From Candidatus Multivoradales bacterium (lineage in GTDB: Bacteria > Acidobacteriota > Thermoanaerobaculia > Multivoradales > J023), in the NCBI GenBank assembly GCA_965248925.1, contig CBDFLE010000006.1, positions 4,832,001-4,896,000 on the forward strand: a stretch of DNA of 64,000 nt, read 5' to 3'. The position numbers were made by a program, and so were the translations under genes. Under the pieces are notes generated by a model. It did not search any database and had not been told where the DNA came from. It was given only the letters and a program-made list of their open reading frames with translations. Positions 8,039 through 18,344 of the stretch are shown here, in pieces (positions within the stretch are counted from its first letter, which is position 1; each line of letters starts with the position of its first letter).

Positions 8039-9619
8039 ATGCGACACTGCTTGTTCCCACCCAGGTTGGCGGCATCTTCGCGGCTGCTTCGCCACTGCGG
8101 CAGGCCCCTGCACCGCGCCGTGGCTCTCTATGCGACAGTGCTGTGCGCCGCTGCCATCTGCTGCCAAAGCGGCGCGCTGGCTGATGTCCGCAGCCCTCCC
8201 TTCGAAGTCGAGCTCGAGGCGGTCGGCCTGATCCTCGAGCTGGTGCTGGCGGATGTCGAAATCGTGGTGCGGCCGGGAGCGCCTATATCACTGCGATTTC
8301 TAGCCACCGATTCCGGGCCAGCAGTGCCCAAGGTAGAACTCCGCCGCGAGGGTGCGGGTTGGTGGGTGGGCCGGGCCGCAGATGATCCGGCCCCAGCCAC
8401 CGAGTTGCGGCTGCAAGCCACCCTGCCGGATGGCCGCGGTTTGCGGTTGCATGGCGAGGGTTTGCGGCTGAGTTTGAGTCGCCAACAGGTCGAGCCGCAG
8501 ACCTCGACTGCGGAGGATGAAGAAGAGCAGGCGAAGAAGAACGCAGCGGAGGAGGAGCCCTCGGCCGCCGAGGTCCTGTTCGTTGCCGTGGCTCCAGGAC
8601 CTCCAAGACTGCCTCTAGAGCTCGATCTATTTGGCTCCGTGGCGAGCCTCACCAACTTGAACGAAGTCGACTTGCAGGCCGAAGAAAGCGATGTAGTGGC
8701 CACTGGCGGCCGGGGCAAGCTCGACGCGGCGCTGATTTCCTCGACTCTGGCGATCAGCGAGACCCGAGCCGAGATCGCGCTGCAAGCGCAAGGGTCGGAT
8801 ATCACGGTGGTCTCCTCCCGCGGCGAACTGAGGATCGAGTTGCGAGGTTCGAGCCTGGTGGCCGAGCACCAAGGGAGAATCCAAGGTCAAGTCGAAGACA
8901 GCTTCGTACGCTTGAGCGAAGGGCTAGGGCGGGTCGAGCTACGCGGCTCGGGAAGCACTGTCGAAATGCGTCAGGCCAAGTACGGTCAAGTGCGGCTGCA
9001 AGGTACGGATTTGGTGGTCCATGGCGATGATCTCACCGCCTCGCTCGACGTTTCCCTGGTCGGTGGCAGCTTGACCTTGACCGGCTGTACAGGAGCCGCC
9101 AAAGTGGTCGGCCAAGGTGGCCTAGAATTTCAGCTCGAAGGATGGCAGGGTGGCGTCGAGCTGGGGCTCAGCGAAGATTCCAGCGCGCACCTGCAGGGGA
9201 TTCGTGGCCTGATCAAAGCGCAGTTGGAAGATGCATTTTTCGAACTCAGCGACAGCAATGAGCTGGATCTTTCAGCCCTGCGCTCACAGGTCTCGGTTAG
9301 CGATCTGCGGCGCTTGCGCCGGCTGGTGGCTACCGACAGCCAGCTCGAATTGGATTTGACCGGCTTGCGCCACAACCCGACTCTGGTCTTGCAAGGAGCC
9401 AGCGAGGCCAAAGTCGAGCTGGACTATCCCTGTGCTGTGCGCCTGGCCGGTGGCGACGAGACCTTCGATGGACGTCTGCGCGCTTCTGGCTGTGGTCTCG
9501 ACAATGCAGCCCACGGTCGCAGCCGTTTTGATCGCTTCGGGCTGGACGGGCAACGAACAGTGCGGATGAGCGTGGCCTTGAGTTCTGAGAGCAGCTTGAA
9601 AATCGAATCTTCCCAATGA
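8039..9619 (+). CDS. Exported protein with beta-strand repeats (DUF4097/adhesin-like)
   Basis: Hydrophobic signal-like segment near the N-terminus; Gly/Ser-rich alternating beta repeats (GSDITVVSSRGELRIELRGSS...). Start uncertain. Confidence 0.55.
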   Translation: MRHCLFPPRLAASSRLLRHCGRPLHRAVALYATVLCAAAICCQSGALADVRSPPFEVELEAVGLILELVLADVEIVVRPGAPISLRFLATDSGPAVPKVELRREGAGWWVGRAADDPAPATELRLQATLPDGRGLRLHGEGLRLSLSRQQVEPQTSTAEDEEEQAKKNAAEEEPSAAEVLFVAVAPGPPRLPLELDLFGSVASLTNLNEVDLQAEESDVVATGGRGKLDAALISSTLAISETRAEIALQAQGSDITVVSSRGELRIELRGSSLVAEHQGRIQGQVEDSFVRLSEGLGRVELRGSGSTVEMRQAKYGQVRLQGTDLVVHGDDLTASLDVSLVGGSLTLTGCTGAAKVVGQGGLEFQLEGWQGGVELGLSEDSSAHLQGIRGLIKAQLEDAFFELSDSNELDLSALRSQVSVSDLRRLRRLVATDSQLELDLTGLRHNPTLVLQGASEAKVELDYPCAVRLAGGDETFDGRLRASGCGLDNAAHGRSRFDRFGLDGQRTVRMSVALSSESSLKIESSQ

Positions 9620-9710
9620 AGTGAGCCTCCCTCCCAGCTCCGGCCAGATACAAGAGTAGAAACCCCTTGGAATCAGTGAATTAGTAGGTGGAAGTGAGGT
9701 CATTTTGTGT

Positions 9711-9739
9711 TGGACTTACGCTTTATTTACGCCTATACT
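9711..9739 (+). promoter_or_regulatory. Sigma70-type promoter with a TTACGC-N5-TTACGC operator in the spacer
   Basis: TGGACT-17 nt-TATACT; 25/29 identical to the promoter upstream of dnaE2 (47937-47965, minus strand). Confidence 0.7.
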
Positions 9740-9811
9740 TTGAAATCCATTTGCGGTTCCGGGCAGCCATGGAGCTCGGTCGCAGTCATGTAGGACCAGG
9801 AGGAACTTGTC

Positions 9812-10219
9812 GTGCAAACTGCAGAGGTTGGAAAAGAACTCGTCGCCTTGTGTGTCGAAGGACGCTTCTTGGAAGCGGTCGACAGGCTCTATGCCTCGGA
9901 AGTGGTCAGTCAGGAACCCACGGCGACGGAAGGTCGGCCGCTGCGGGTGCAAGGGAAGCGGGCGGTGCGGGGCAAGAACGCTGCCTGGATGGCGGAGCAC
10001 GAGATCCTCATCGCGCGCATCGAAGGCCCATTTCTAGCCTCGGGAGGCGATTTGTTCGCGGTCTACTTCTACTTTGACGTGACTCACCGGCGAAGCGGCC
10101 AACGCCGCCAAGCAGCGGAGATTGGTCTCTACACGGTGGCGGACGGGGTGGTCATCTGCGAGCAGTTCTTGGCCGACAGCAGCCGCAAGCCCTCGACCCA
10201 CGGTTTTCCGCCTTCTTGA
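9812..10219 (+). CDS. SnoaL-like / NTF2-family protein
   Basis: RBS AGGAGG before GTG; pattern LVALC.EG...AV..LY...VVSQEP...G...V.GK..W...H...EGP...FAV...EIGLYTV.DG...EQF. Confidence 0.85.
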   Translation: MQTAEVGKELVALCVEGRFLEAVDRLYASEVVSQEPTATEGRPLRVQGKRAVRGKNAAWMAEHEILIARIEGPFLASGGDLFAVYFYFDVTHRRSGQRRQAAEIGLYTVADGVVICEQFLADSSRKPSTHGFPPS

Positions 10220-10560
10220 GGGATGGCCCTTACTACTGTGACAGCGGCTCGCTTGCCTCTCCCCTTTTGAGAATTTGCCTGTGCCAAGGGTGAAGCGGTA
10301 GAGACTAGGCGCGTCTTTTCCAATCACTTTTTGGCTTGAGTTAGCGGTCAATCACGCGCGGAAGTGTAATTCTCCCGAGACCTGAGTGAATTCAGGGATC
10401 GGGCGCGGGCTGCTGTGCTTACTCGTGCCGAGTTCCGCACTTCGAGAGATCGGCTAGGGTCTTGCCGCCAACTTTGGTAGTTGGGCGTCGCCAATCTCCT
10501 CAGACGAGGAAATGCTCAACAAGGCGCTGAGTCGGAGCCTAGGTTTTGTGAAAGGAGAAG

Positions 10561-10824
10561 ATGTTCGCCTGGCAGAGATTGTGCTTCTGCTTGGAATCGA
10601 GTGAAACTCAGGATCAGCGGGCGGAGGTTTTCGAGTCCCTCCACCCGCTCGAATGTCGGAGTGCCGGCGAGCCGGTAGCCTGCCCGGTGCGAGGGGAACC
10701 TGTTAAGCGATCCCCGTGCCTGGCCTTGGTCACCCTCTTGCGGCTGTTGCTGTTCTATGGATTGCAGCGGTGGATGGATTCTCGCCATACCGCGAGAAAA
10801 TCTGCCCCTGGGCCCTCCTCCTGA
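10561..10824 (+). CDS. Possible small hypothetical protein
   Basis: AAAGGAG RBS before ATG; no recognisable domain; the region is also hairpin-rich. Confidence 0.25.
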   Translation: MFAWQRLCFCLESSETQDQRAEVFESLHPLECRSAGEPVACPVRGEPVKRSPCLALVTLLRLLLFYGLQRWMDSRHTARKSAPGPSS

Positions 10825-10918
10825 ACCTGAAGCTATTTGAATTCTGCTCGGAGCACCGATGCTCCGACTTCAGCAGCCCGTGCTTGCCGCGCGGGTTCGG
10901 CCTTGAAAGGAGTCGCTT

Positions 10919-13900
10919 ATGGTTCTTGCAAGGAGCCTGGCTGGCGGAGGAAGCCGTCGGGGTATTGTCGCGGGTTTGTTTCAGGCATTGGTCTTGGGGT
11001 TGGTTTTGCCGTTGGCGGCAGAAACGGGTGCCGAGGAGCTGCCGATTAGGCCACGGGATCGGGCGGCGGCCGAGGCTTGGTGGGTGATGATGGAGAATAT
11101 GGGGGCCATTCCCCAGGGTTCTCCGGTTCTTGAAGCCCTGCGTCGCCGCGGCGTTGAGCCAGCGCCGATGCGCCAACTCGACACCCACGATGGTCCAGGC
11201 CATCAACAGCATGCAGAGCGCTAACCCGAGGTGCGAGTGTGGAGTGAGCGAGAGTACATCGAGCATTACAGCCGGCTCGGTACGACGCCGCCCGCCGACG
11301 GTTATCAGGCCTACCTCCTGCGGGCCAATGCGGGCGCGGGCGGCGCGGCGGACGCCGTCGCTAGTGCCCACGAGGGACACTAATTCCCGCTGGATGATGC
11401 GGACCGCATGGGCCGGATGGCAGCCGACTTTGGCATGTCAGGGGCGAAGGCCAAGCGCGGCCGGACCGAGGCTTCGCCGGCGGTCGAGATGGTGATCTCG
11501 CGCCATGGCGAGCCAGGTTTCCGACCCAAGTCGAACACTACCAGCACGCAGGCCGGACAGATTGGTCTGAGCAAGACCAAGGTCTACCATGTGGTCGCCA
11601 TTCGCAAGGATGTCGCTTACACCCGCTTTGGCGATCACGATCCGGAGGGGGCCCTCTTCGTGCTGGCAGAGGACTAGGCGCGGGTCGAGGCTCGTCGCGG
11701 TTTCGAGTGTGGTCATGATCCGTTGTTCTTCGGCTCTCGCATTGATTCCAGAACTCCTGACATTCCCTTTTTCTCAAATGTCCGGTTGAGCCTCTCCGGA
11801 GGTGTTCCGAGGGCCTGGGAAGGCCAGGCTCCGGGGTGGCGCTGGCTTGATCGCGAACCGCATCCGTAGCTCGGTGCCGGGGAACTGGGTGGCGGTAGCG
11901 TTGAGTTCTTCGCCGCCGGCCGCGAAAGCGCTTTGGATCAGGGTGCGTCCCTCCTGCTCGCTGCGGCGGTAGTGGGGTGATAGGAGCCGCAGAAGATCAC
12001 CTGCGGCCTGGTAGGCAACCATCTTGAGAATATCGGTGAGGTGCTTGCGCTCGACCGACAGCTTGATGACATCCGCTTCGACGACCTCCTGGACCGGGAC
12101 GCGGACAGGGAGGGTCGCGCGCTGGTTCTTGAGTTCGGTGATCTGCTCTATCGCTGCCCGGACCCTGGCGGAGGTTGCTGCGTTGGCGATCTTGAATCCA
12201 CGCATCGTAGGCCGCCGATCCTCTCGGTTCTCGAGAGCTGCGATCCCGCAATGGGCCTGGATCTGCTCGAGGTGCGCTTTGGCTTTACGCAGCTCTGCGT
12301 TGATCTTGCTGCGCTCGGGGTTCGGCACCTCGCGGGCAGCATCTGCCGGCTCGGTGCCGTAGTCCACCAGCGCATCGAGGGCGAATTCTTCGCGCAGTCG
12401 GTTGCCAGGCCATGCGCTGCGAGCCGAGCAAGCTTGTTGCGCAAGGTTTTCACCTCCGGCGCTCGGTCGAGCCCGAGAGCTTGACCCAGATACCGGGGTG
12501 AGTGCTCCTTGAGCCCTTCGGGGCGCTTGATCCGCAACAGTGCCATCAGCAGCAGGGTTACCAGAGTGGTGCGCAGCCCATAGAAGGCTGGCCCGATGCT
12601 GCCGTACAGCTCGCGCGCGATGGCAAGCACGCCGCTGTCCACCAGGGCGGGCATCGCTAGCAGAACACCAAGGCCCGTGAGTTGCCTCGCCGCGCCAAAG
12701 ATCGGCGGCGCGTCCTCGAGGAATCCCAACCACCCCAGCAGCCGGTCGCCAGCGCGATTCGCCGGATCGAGGTCCAGCGAGAAGGGAACCTGAGCTTGCT
12801 CGGGCGCCGAAGCGGACAGGTTTGGGTCCGCCCCTCGTCTGAGGGCGGTCCCGTGTTTTCAGAGGGTTAGGAGGGGTGGGTCAGGAGGTCTGGAGTCGGT
12901 GCCAGGGCAATACAAGACCAAGCGGCTACGCTGCACTGGTGAGCAGCGTGAGAATTGGAAGGGCGACGGCACGATGGTCAACCTGTGGCAGGCCGATGTG
13001 ATGCACTTCTGGTACGGTCAGCAGTTCGACTCCGATACCTTCTTGGTTTATATGCCGACCCAGGTCGACTGCGATGGCACGATGGTGCAAGTCAGCCCAG
13101 ACGATGCCTTGGAGCTCAACTGGACGGTCTTTTCGCTGGTTGAGGAAGACTTCGCTCCGACCTCGGTGATGCGCGATGTGCAGGTCAACATGCCACAGTT
13201 GCCAGCCGGCGAAGTCGACGCTCCGGGTAATCGAGGCGGGATGGTGCGTTTTCCGTTCAAGGGTTTCGATTCCGTTTGGGTGCGGATCAATCCACGCACT
13301 AAAGTGTCGATGCGGCTCGCCATGCCGGCGCTGCGTTTCATCCGCGGCATTTACACCTGGGGTTGGAACGTCCATCCGCCCCGCATCCAGTTTATCCAGC
13401 CAATCGGTGAGCTGATCGACAAGAACGGTGACCGAGTGCCCGACTGGCAAGCGCACTCATTTATGCAACTCAATGCCGCGCTAACCCTCGACACCATCGG
13501 TGAAGCGGCGCCGGAGAAGAAGCTCTACCGAGTCGCCATGGCGGCCCTCGAAGACGGCGTTGATGCGGCGGCGATCGTCGCCATGCTGAACGATCCCGAG
13601 GTGGCGCCCAAGGTGGGAGTTTGGACCGGTTGGCTGAACATCATGGAGGACCAGCGGCAGCTGCCACCCGAAGCTCGGACGGTACTCGAAGCCGACGGCA
13701 AATCGGTTTCAGACTACGACTTCGTCACCGTCTACATGAACGACGAGATGTACGGCCAGAGCACCTTGTGCCACACCGTTCGTCAATGGTCGCAGGGCGA
13801 GGAAATGACCGTCCGGCTGATCAATCTCGACGCTCACACCCACTACTTTCGCAATGTTGGTTTCAGTGCGCCGCTCAACAACGAGGTCGCTAACGCTCTG

Positions 13901-14875
13901 GATGACGGCATCTTCAGCTTCGAGATCATGAATTTCAAGCCCCTCTACGTCTACGGCGCTCCCAAGGTGGCCGAAATGCAGTGGAGCGCCGGCTGGGGTT
14001 TTCGCCCGCACTACAGCACGGTGCAGCAAAAGGGGGTTTTCTCGCCTTCATCGGACCAGCGGGCTCTCAAGCCTTACTACGCTTGGAAGTTCGGTTTCCC
14101 ACTAAACGCCGCTGGCAACGAAACCAAGGCCGGCAAGGGTGGGATTTACTATGGCTATCAGTTCAAGAATGCCGCTACCCGGCCATTCTCCTTCAATCCA
14201 CCGGACTTCATTGTTGGCACGGTCGCCGATCGGGCGCCGGAGAAGTTGTGGGACCTGGGATATGCGCCACGGCGATTCGAAGGCGACGACTTGATCTACC
14301 GCCAGGTTTTTCTCAATCGAGCGCGGACTGACGTGCGGCAATTCGAGGACAAGCTCAGCCAGAGCGGTCAATTGCTAGTGCGGCCGGGACTGGTGATCGG
14401 CCAGACTACCGAGGGCTATGGTCAGGCGCAATTTTGTCCCGAGGCTCCGGCCGGCTTCTGCGACTTCGATGCCGCCCCGGCCCATCCGCTGGGATTCATG
14501 AATTACCCGGAGCCGACCAATCCGGACCTTGAGAAGACCGAGTTGCGTTTCCCGCCCTTCCTGCGCAGTCCGGCGCAGGGCGACCCCGAAGCCGGTGACA
14601 TCATTCCACCGACTCCGACTTGGGAACCGTTTCTATTCCTCAACCCGCGCAATGGCACGATTTGGAACGATCCTGACGATCCCTCCAAGGGCTATTGGGC
14701 CGACCACACCTACGCTCATGGTGCACCTCTCTTTGCGGGAGAGGTCAAGGACATTGTCATCGAAATGCCGCGCGCTCGCGGCCAGCTGTTCTATCAATTC
14801 GACGATCTATTCCACGACAACGCGATCTTCACGCCGCACCCGATCACCGATTCGGGTCTGACCGGCAACCAATAG
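10919..14875 (+). pseudogene. Large secreted protein gene (about 935 codons reconstructed), split by an IS remnant and carrying three in-frame stops
   Basis: AAAGGAG RBS plus ATG and a signal peptide at 10919; the same frame continues through TAA 11222, TAA 11381 and TAG 11675. Removing 11749-12897 joins ATT GAT TC|G GTG CCA in frame with the 12899..14875 ORF. The segment YHVVAIRKDVAYTRFGDHDPEGALFVLAED resembles a stretch of multicopper-oxidase-associated proteins (inference). Confidence 0.75.
11749..12892 (-). mobile_element. Internally deleted IS copy (non-autonomous), same family as 36604-39132
   Basis: Termini CAGAACTCCTGAC...GTCAGGAGGTCTG retained; flanks GATTC/GAGTC (5-bp TSD with one mismatch); transposase fragments 11774..12733 are homologous to 36629..39022 with three deletions. 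Confidence 0.9.
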
Positions 14876-14886
14876 CGAGAGACCTT

Positions 14887-14919
14887 ACCTGGAGGGCCGC
14901 GATCGCGGTCCCCCCAGGT
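14887..14919. terminator. Hairpin between convergent genes
   Basis: ACCTGGAGGGCCGCGA/TCGCGGTCCCCCCAGGT imperfect stem 12 bp after the stop at 14875. Confidence 0.5.
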
Positions 14920-14975
14920 TCCACCACTGAGCAGCTACCGCTGCGTTGCCAGCAATGTCGACCAGGGTTTGGCAA

Positions 14976-15590
14976 TCACTCGCGGGTGGAGATAATCTCC
15001 ATCGTCTTCACCGCCTCACCGCTGCGCAGGTCGAACATCTCGATCTCTTCTTTGCCATCGCCAGAGTTGCGGACGATGCTTTTTACTTTGGTCATCTCGC
15101 CGCTCATCGGGTCGGGGCTCGTGCCGTAGTACACCACCCCTCCCTCCTTCTCGCTCCATTTGCCCCACATGACGATGACGCCGGTGCTCATGTTGTCGGT
15201 CCAGGTCGTCCACCAGCGGTGGGTGGCGTTGTCGAAGCCGCTTTGGCTGGAGCCGCGGAAGGGTTGGCCGCCGAAGGATCCTTCGAAGCTTTCGAGCATG
15301 ACACGGCCATCGAGCGTCAGCTCGCGGTGGAACTTGCCCTGATTGATCTGCGGCTCGGCGCCGGGGGCCATCCAGACTTTGACCGTGGCCTGCCAATCCC
15401 CGGTCTGCTTGGCGAGTTCGGCGTGTTGCTCGCCAGGAGTGGCCGCTTTCTGCCAGGCAGCCATCATCGCCGCCGGGTCGGTGCTTTGGCCGTCGCCGTG
15501 GTCGTCGTCGCCATGGGCTTGGACTGCATTGGGCAAGGCGAAAAGGCTGAGCAGGAGGATGGCAAGAGAGGTCAAGGTCGTTCGGTACAT
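14976..15590 (-). CDS. DUF1579-family exported protein
   Basis: Signal peptide; MAAWQKAATPGEQH...GDW, LDGR, GFDN, TWTDNMSTG, DPMSG motifs. Confidence 0.85.
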   Translation of the reverse strand: MYRTTLTSLAILLLSLFALPNAVQAHGDDDHGDGQSTDPAAMMAAWQKAATPGEQHAELAKQTGDWQATVKVWMAPGAEPQINQGKFHRELTLDGRVMLESFEGSFGGQPFRGSSQSGFDNATHRWWTTWTDNMSTGVIVMWGKWSEKEGGVVYYGTSPDPMSGEMTKVKSIVRNSGDGKEEIEMFDLRSGEAVKTMEIISTRE

Positions 15591-15773
15591 AGCGGGCTCC
15601 TATTGAGTTAGTCTAGATTGGCGGATGGGTAGTAGATCCCGAATGGCAAGTGCTTGCCAAAGTTCCGCTTCTTTTACGCCCCCATTCAACACCAGCCTTT
15701 GTCTCATGTCAATCCGAGACCGAGATCTTGGGTTCGCGAGGGCTGCGGTCGGCGGCGAGGGAGGAAGGACATC

Positions 15774-18344
15774 ATGAAGGGACAACGGGCTGGATGGGGG
15801 TGGCGTTGCGCCATCTATTTGCTCTTGAGCTGGTGGGCGACGCCGCTACCGCCCGCCGCGCTGCTGGCAGCTCGGGCCTGGCGAGTCGGACGCCGCCGGC
15901 TGGCCGCCACCGTGGCCGGTTTGAGCTTCTTGGCCAGTCTGGCGGGCTGTTGTTGGGTGCTGCTGGCGCCAGTGGGCGCGATGGCGGCTTTTCTCGGTAT
16001 CTCGGTACTGTGGGCGTTGGCCGGCGTTCTGCTGGCCGTGATCGAGCGTCGCTTTGATTTGGCGCCGCGCCTGGCGCCGGTGACCGAGTCGCGGCTGGTC
16101 TATGTCATGGCCTGGAGCCTGTCGCTGACGGTCTCTTTTATGTGGCTTGCCTTTTTCCTGGCGCCAGCCCTCTACTCAGCGGGAATGGCTCTCTACACCA
16201 AGCCGTCGATGCCAGGACGAGTCTTGTTGGTGGGTTGTTTGAGCTTGCTGCCTTGCGGCGCGTTGGTCGGTTGGTGTTTGCGAGTCTTGCGGGCGCCGCT
16301 ACGGCTAGGCGCGGCGGCGCACCTGCCGTTCGCGGGCTGGACAACCATCACCCTCGGCATTCTCACAGTGGGTTTCGTCAGCCTGGTGCTGCGGGAAGTG
16401 GGCAGGATGCAGGAGATTGAGAGTTTTGAAGGCATCTGGATCTTCCGCGTCTGCGGCGGCGTCTTCTTTACGTTGGCTTGGCCGGTTGGCGCTTTGTGGG
16501 TCGCCCATGCTTGGGGATTCAAGAGTTACTGTCGTCGAGTTCTTGCCTTTACTGGCTTGGCGACTGCCTGTGGCTGCGTTCTGTTCTTGATGTCCGGCGC
16601 CCTACCCGCAAATCGGGCACTCGATGGGGCCGAGAAGGCGGCAGGTGCAGGCAACCATCGCGCTTCGGCCCGCGGCTATCGCTGGCTAGTTCGGCGACTT
16701 CCGTCGAGCGTTGAAGTAGCCAACACCGCTCTGCTCGGTGCCCGCGAGGCGTTTTTGGCGGGTGAGGTCGAGACCGCCAGGGAGTTCTTGGGCCTGGTTA
16801 GCGAGCAGCAAGACGAGCTGCCGCTGGGGCGGCAAGCAGCCACCGCCGACGCCCTCCTCCTCGCTACGTCTGGGATTGCTCCCGACCTTGGCAACCTGGA
16901 GAAGGTCGATGTAGAGCCGCTGGCAGTGGGCAACCAGCTGCCCCGCAAGTGGGCACTAACCTTGACCGCTCTGCGCACTCTCGAGCCGACCTTGGTGGAA
17001 AGCCGAATCAAGGCACGGCTGCAACAGATCTCTGGCTCGGCGGAGGAGCTAGAACTCGCCGAGCAGGTGGTGGTCGAGCAGATGTTGACCGCCGCCTCAC
17101 TCTTTGACGCCCGGCTGTTGGTCGTCGAATGGAGGCACCTGGGGGCGTTGTTGCAACGGGGCTTGCCGGTTCTGGCAGAGTTGGGCATTGACGATTGGCG
17201 GCTTATCTACTGGCGGGCCGCTGCCGCCGACGCGATTCTCTATCTCGACTACCTGAACTGGTCGACCGATGACCAGCCGGCAGATGCCGAGGAGGTGGCG
17301 CGGATCATCTCTGCCGACGAGTCGTCTGGCTCCGAGATTGGCGAGCGCCTGGCAATGCTGGCCAGGCTGGATGCTGAGTCGCGGGTGAAGGATGCGATGG
17401 CCACGCGGGGTGGCGCTTTGGTGGTCTTGGTTGCTGCCCAGGAGGCCGAGGGGCTGATCGCCGATCTGGATCTCGATCCGGCTGCCAGTGAACGATTGTT
17501 GACCTTGCGCCGAGCCCAGAGCGCTTTCGATGATGGTGATGCTGAGTACGCTTACCAACTAGCCATGCAATTGCCCGAGGGGCAGCCGCGGCGCGAGATT
17601 CTGGCCCTTTTGGCGCCGCGGGCGGAGTGGTTGCGACAAGCTGACGAGCTGGCGGTTGGGCGCAGCCAAGACGCTTTAACTAGCATTCGTGGAGAGCTCT
17701 CCGACGGCCATGGTTCGGGCTGGTTTCTCCACCGGGCCGTAGCGACCTTCGGCGCCGAGAATCCGCCGGACTGTAGCTTGATCCAGCAACTGCGGGGGTT
17801 ACGCACGGCGCGGATTCCTAGCCGCCAGCAACTGGCGACGCTGGCTACTGCTGCCTCCCGTCGCGGCGACCTCAAGGCTCTCGACCGGTGGGCTAGACAG
17901 CTGCTGCTTTTCGCCGCTGACGACGATGAGCAGCTGCTCGCCCTCTTAGCAACGGTGGCGAAGGCACCTGGAGTGGAGGCAGATCCCGAGCTGCGCGATC
18001 TACTGCAAAGAGTGCTCGGCAAGATCAGCTTTTGGGTGATTGATGCCGAGAGCGATTTCGGTTCCTTGCGTTCAGGTTTTTTTGGCTACCGCGCGGCGCG
18101 GGCGGTACTGGCGGATTCACCGGGCCAGCGGCTGCGATGGTGGCGGCGAGCGGCCGAGCAGGAGCCCAAGGATGCGGTGATTTGGCAACGTCTGGCCGCG
18201 GCCCTGGACGAGTTGGGTTTGGCGGCTGAAAGCGCCACGGCGGCACGGCACGCGCGGAGCGTAGCCATCCAGCTGCCCTGCTCAGCGCCACATTTGGCCG
18301 CTGCCGCTGGCGCGGATTCGATTCCTGGAGGGGCTCACTCATGA
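15774..18344 (+). CDS. Polytopic membrane protein with TPR-like repeats and a degenerate C39-like domain
   Basis: ATG at 15774 after GAGGAAGG; about 8 N-terminal TM segments, then helical repeats; central LLQRGLPVLAEL...LYLD is collinear with the C39 domain of the next gene but lacks Cys and His. Confidence 0.65.
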   Translation: MKGQRAGWGWRCAIYLLLSWWATPLPPAALLAARAWRVGRRRLAATVAGLSFLASLAGCCWVLLAPVGAMAAFLGISVLWALAGVLLAVIERRFDLAPRLAPVTESRLVYVMAWSLSLTVSFMWLAFFLAPALYSAGMALYTKPSMPGRVLLVGCLSLLPCGALVGWCLRVLRAPLRLGAAAHLPFAGWTTITLGILTVGFVSLVLREVGRMQEIESFEGIWIFRVCGGVFFTLAWPVGALWVAHAWGFKSYCRRVLAFTGLATACGCVLFLMSGALPANRALDGAEKAAGAGNHRASARGYRWLVRRLPSSVEVANTALLGAREAFLAGEVETAREFLGLVSEQQDELPLGRQAATADALLLATSGIAPDLGNLEKVDVEPLAVGNQLPRKWALTLTALRTLEPTLVESRIKARLQQISGSAEELELAEQVVVEQMLTAASLFDARLLVVEWRHLGALLQRGLPVLAELGIDDWRLIYWRAAAADAILYLDYLNWSTDDQPADAEEVARIISADESSGSEIGERLAMLARLDAESRVKDAMATRGGALVVLVAAQEAEGLIADLDLDPAASERLLTLRRAQSAFDDGDAEYAYQLAMQLPEGQPRREILALLAPRAEWLRQADELAVGRSQDALTSIRGELSDGHGSGWFLHRAVATFGAENPPDCSLIQQLRGLRTARIPSRQQLATLATAASRRGDLKALDRWARQLLLFAADDDEQLLALLATVAKAPGVEADPELRDLLQRVLGKISFWVIDAESDFGSLRSGFFGYRAARAVLADSPGQRLRWWRRAAEQEPKDAVIWQRLAAALDELGLAAESATAARHARSVAIQLPCSAPHLAAAAGADSIPGGAHS

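Noticed and set aside
12899-14875. Independent 658-aa gene
   Set aside because: Its GTG lies immediately after the IS end and TSD and is in frame with the upstream half; treated as part of a split gene.
15644-15659. Sigma54 promoter TGGCAAGTGCTTGCC
   Set aside because: GG-GC spacing is 9 rather than 10; only a short palindrome.
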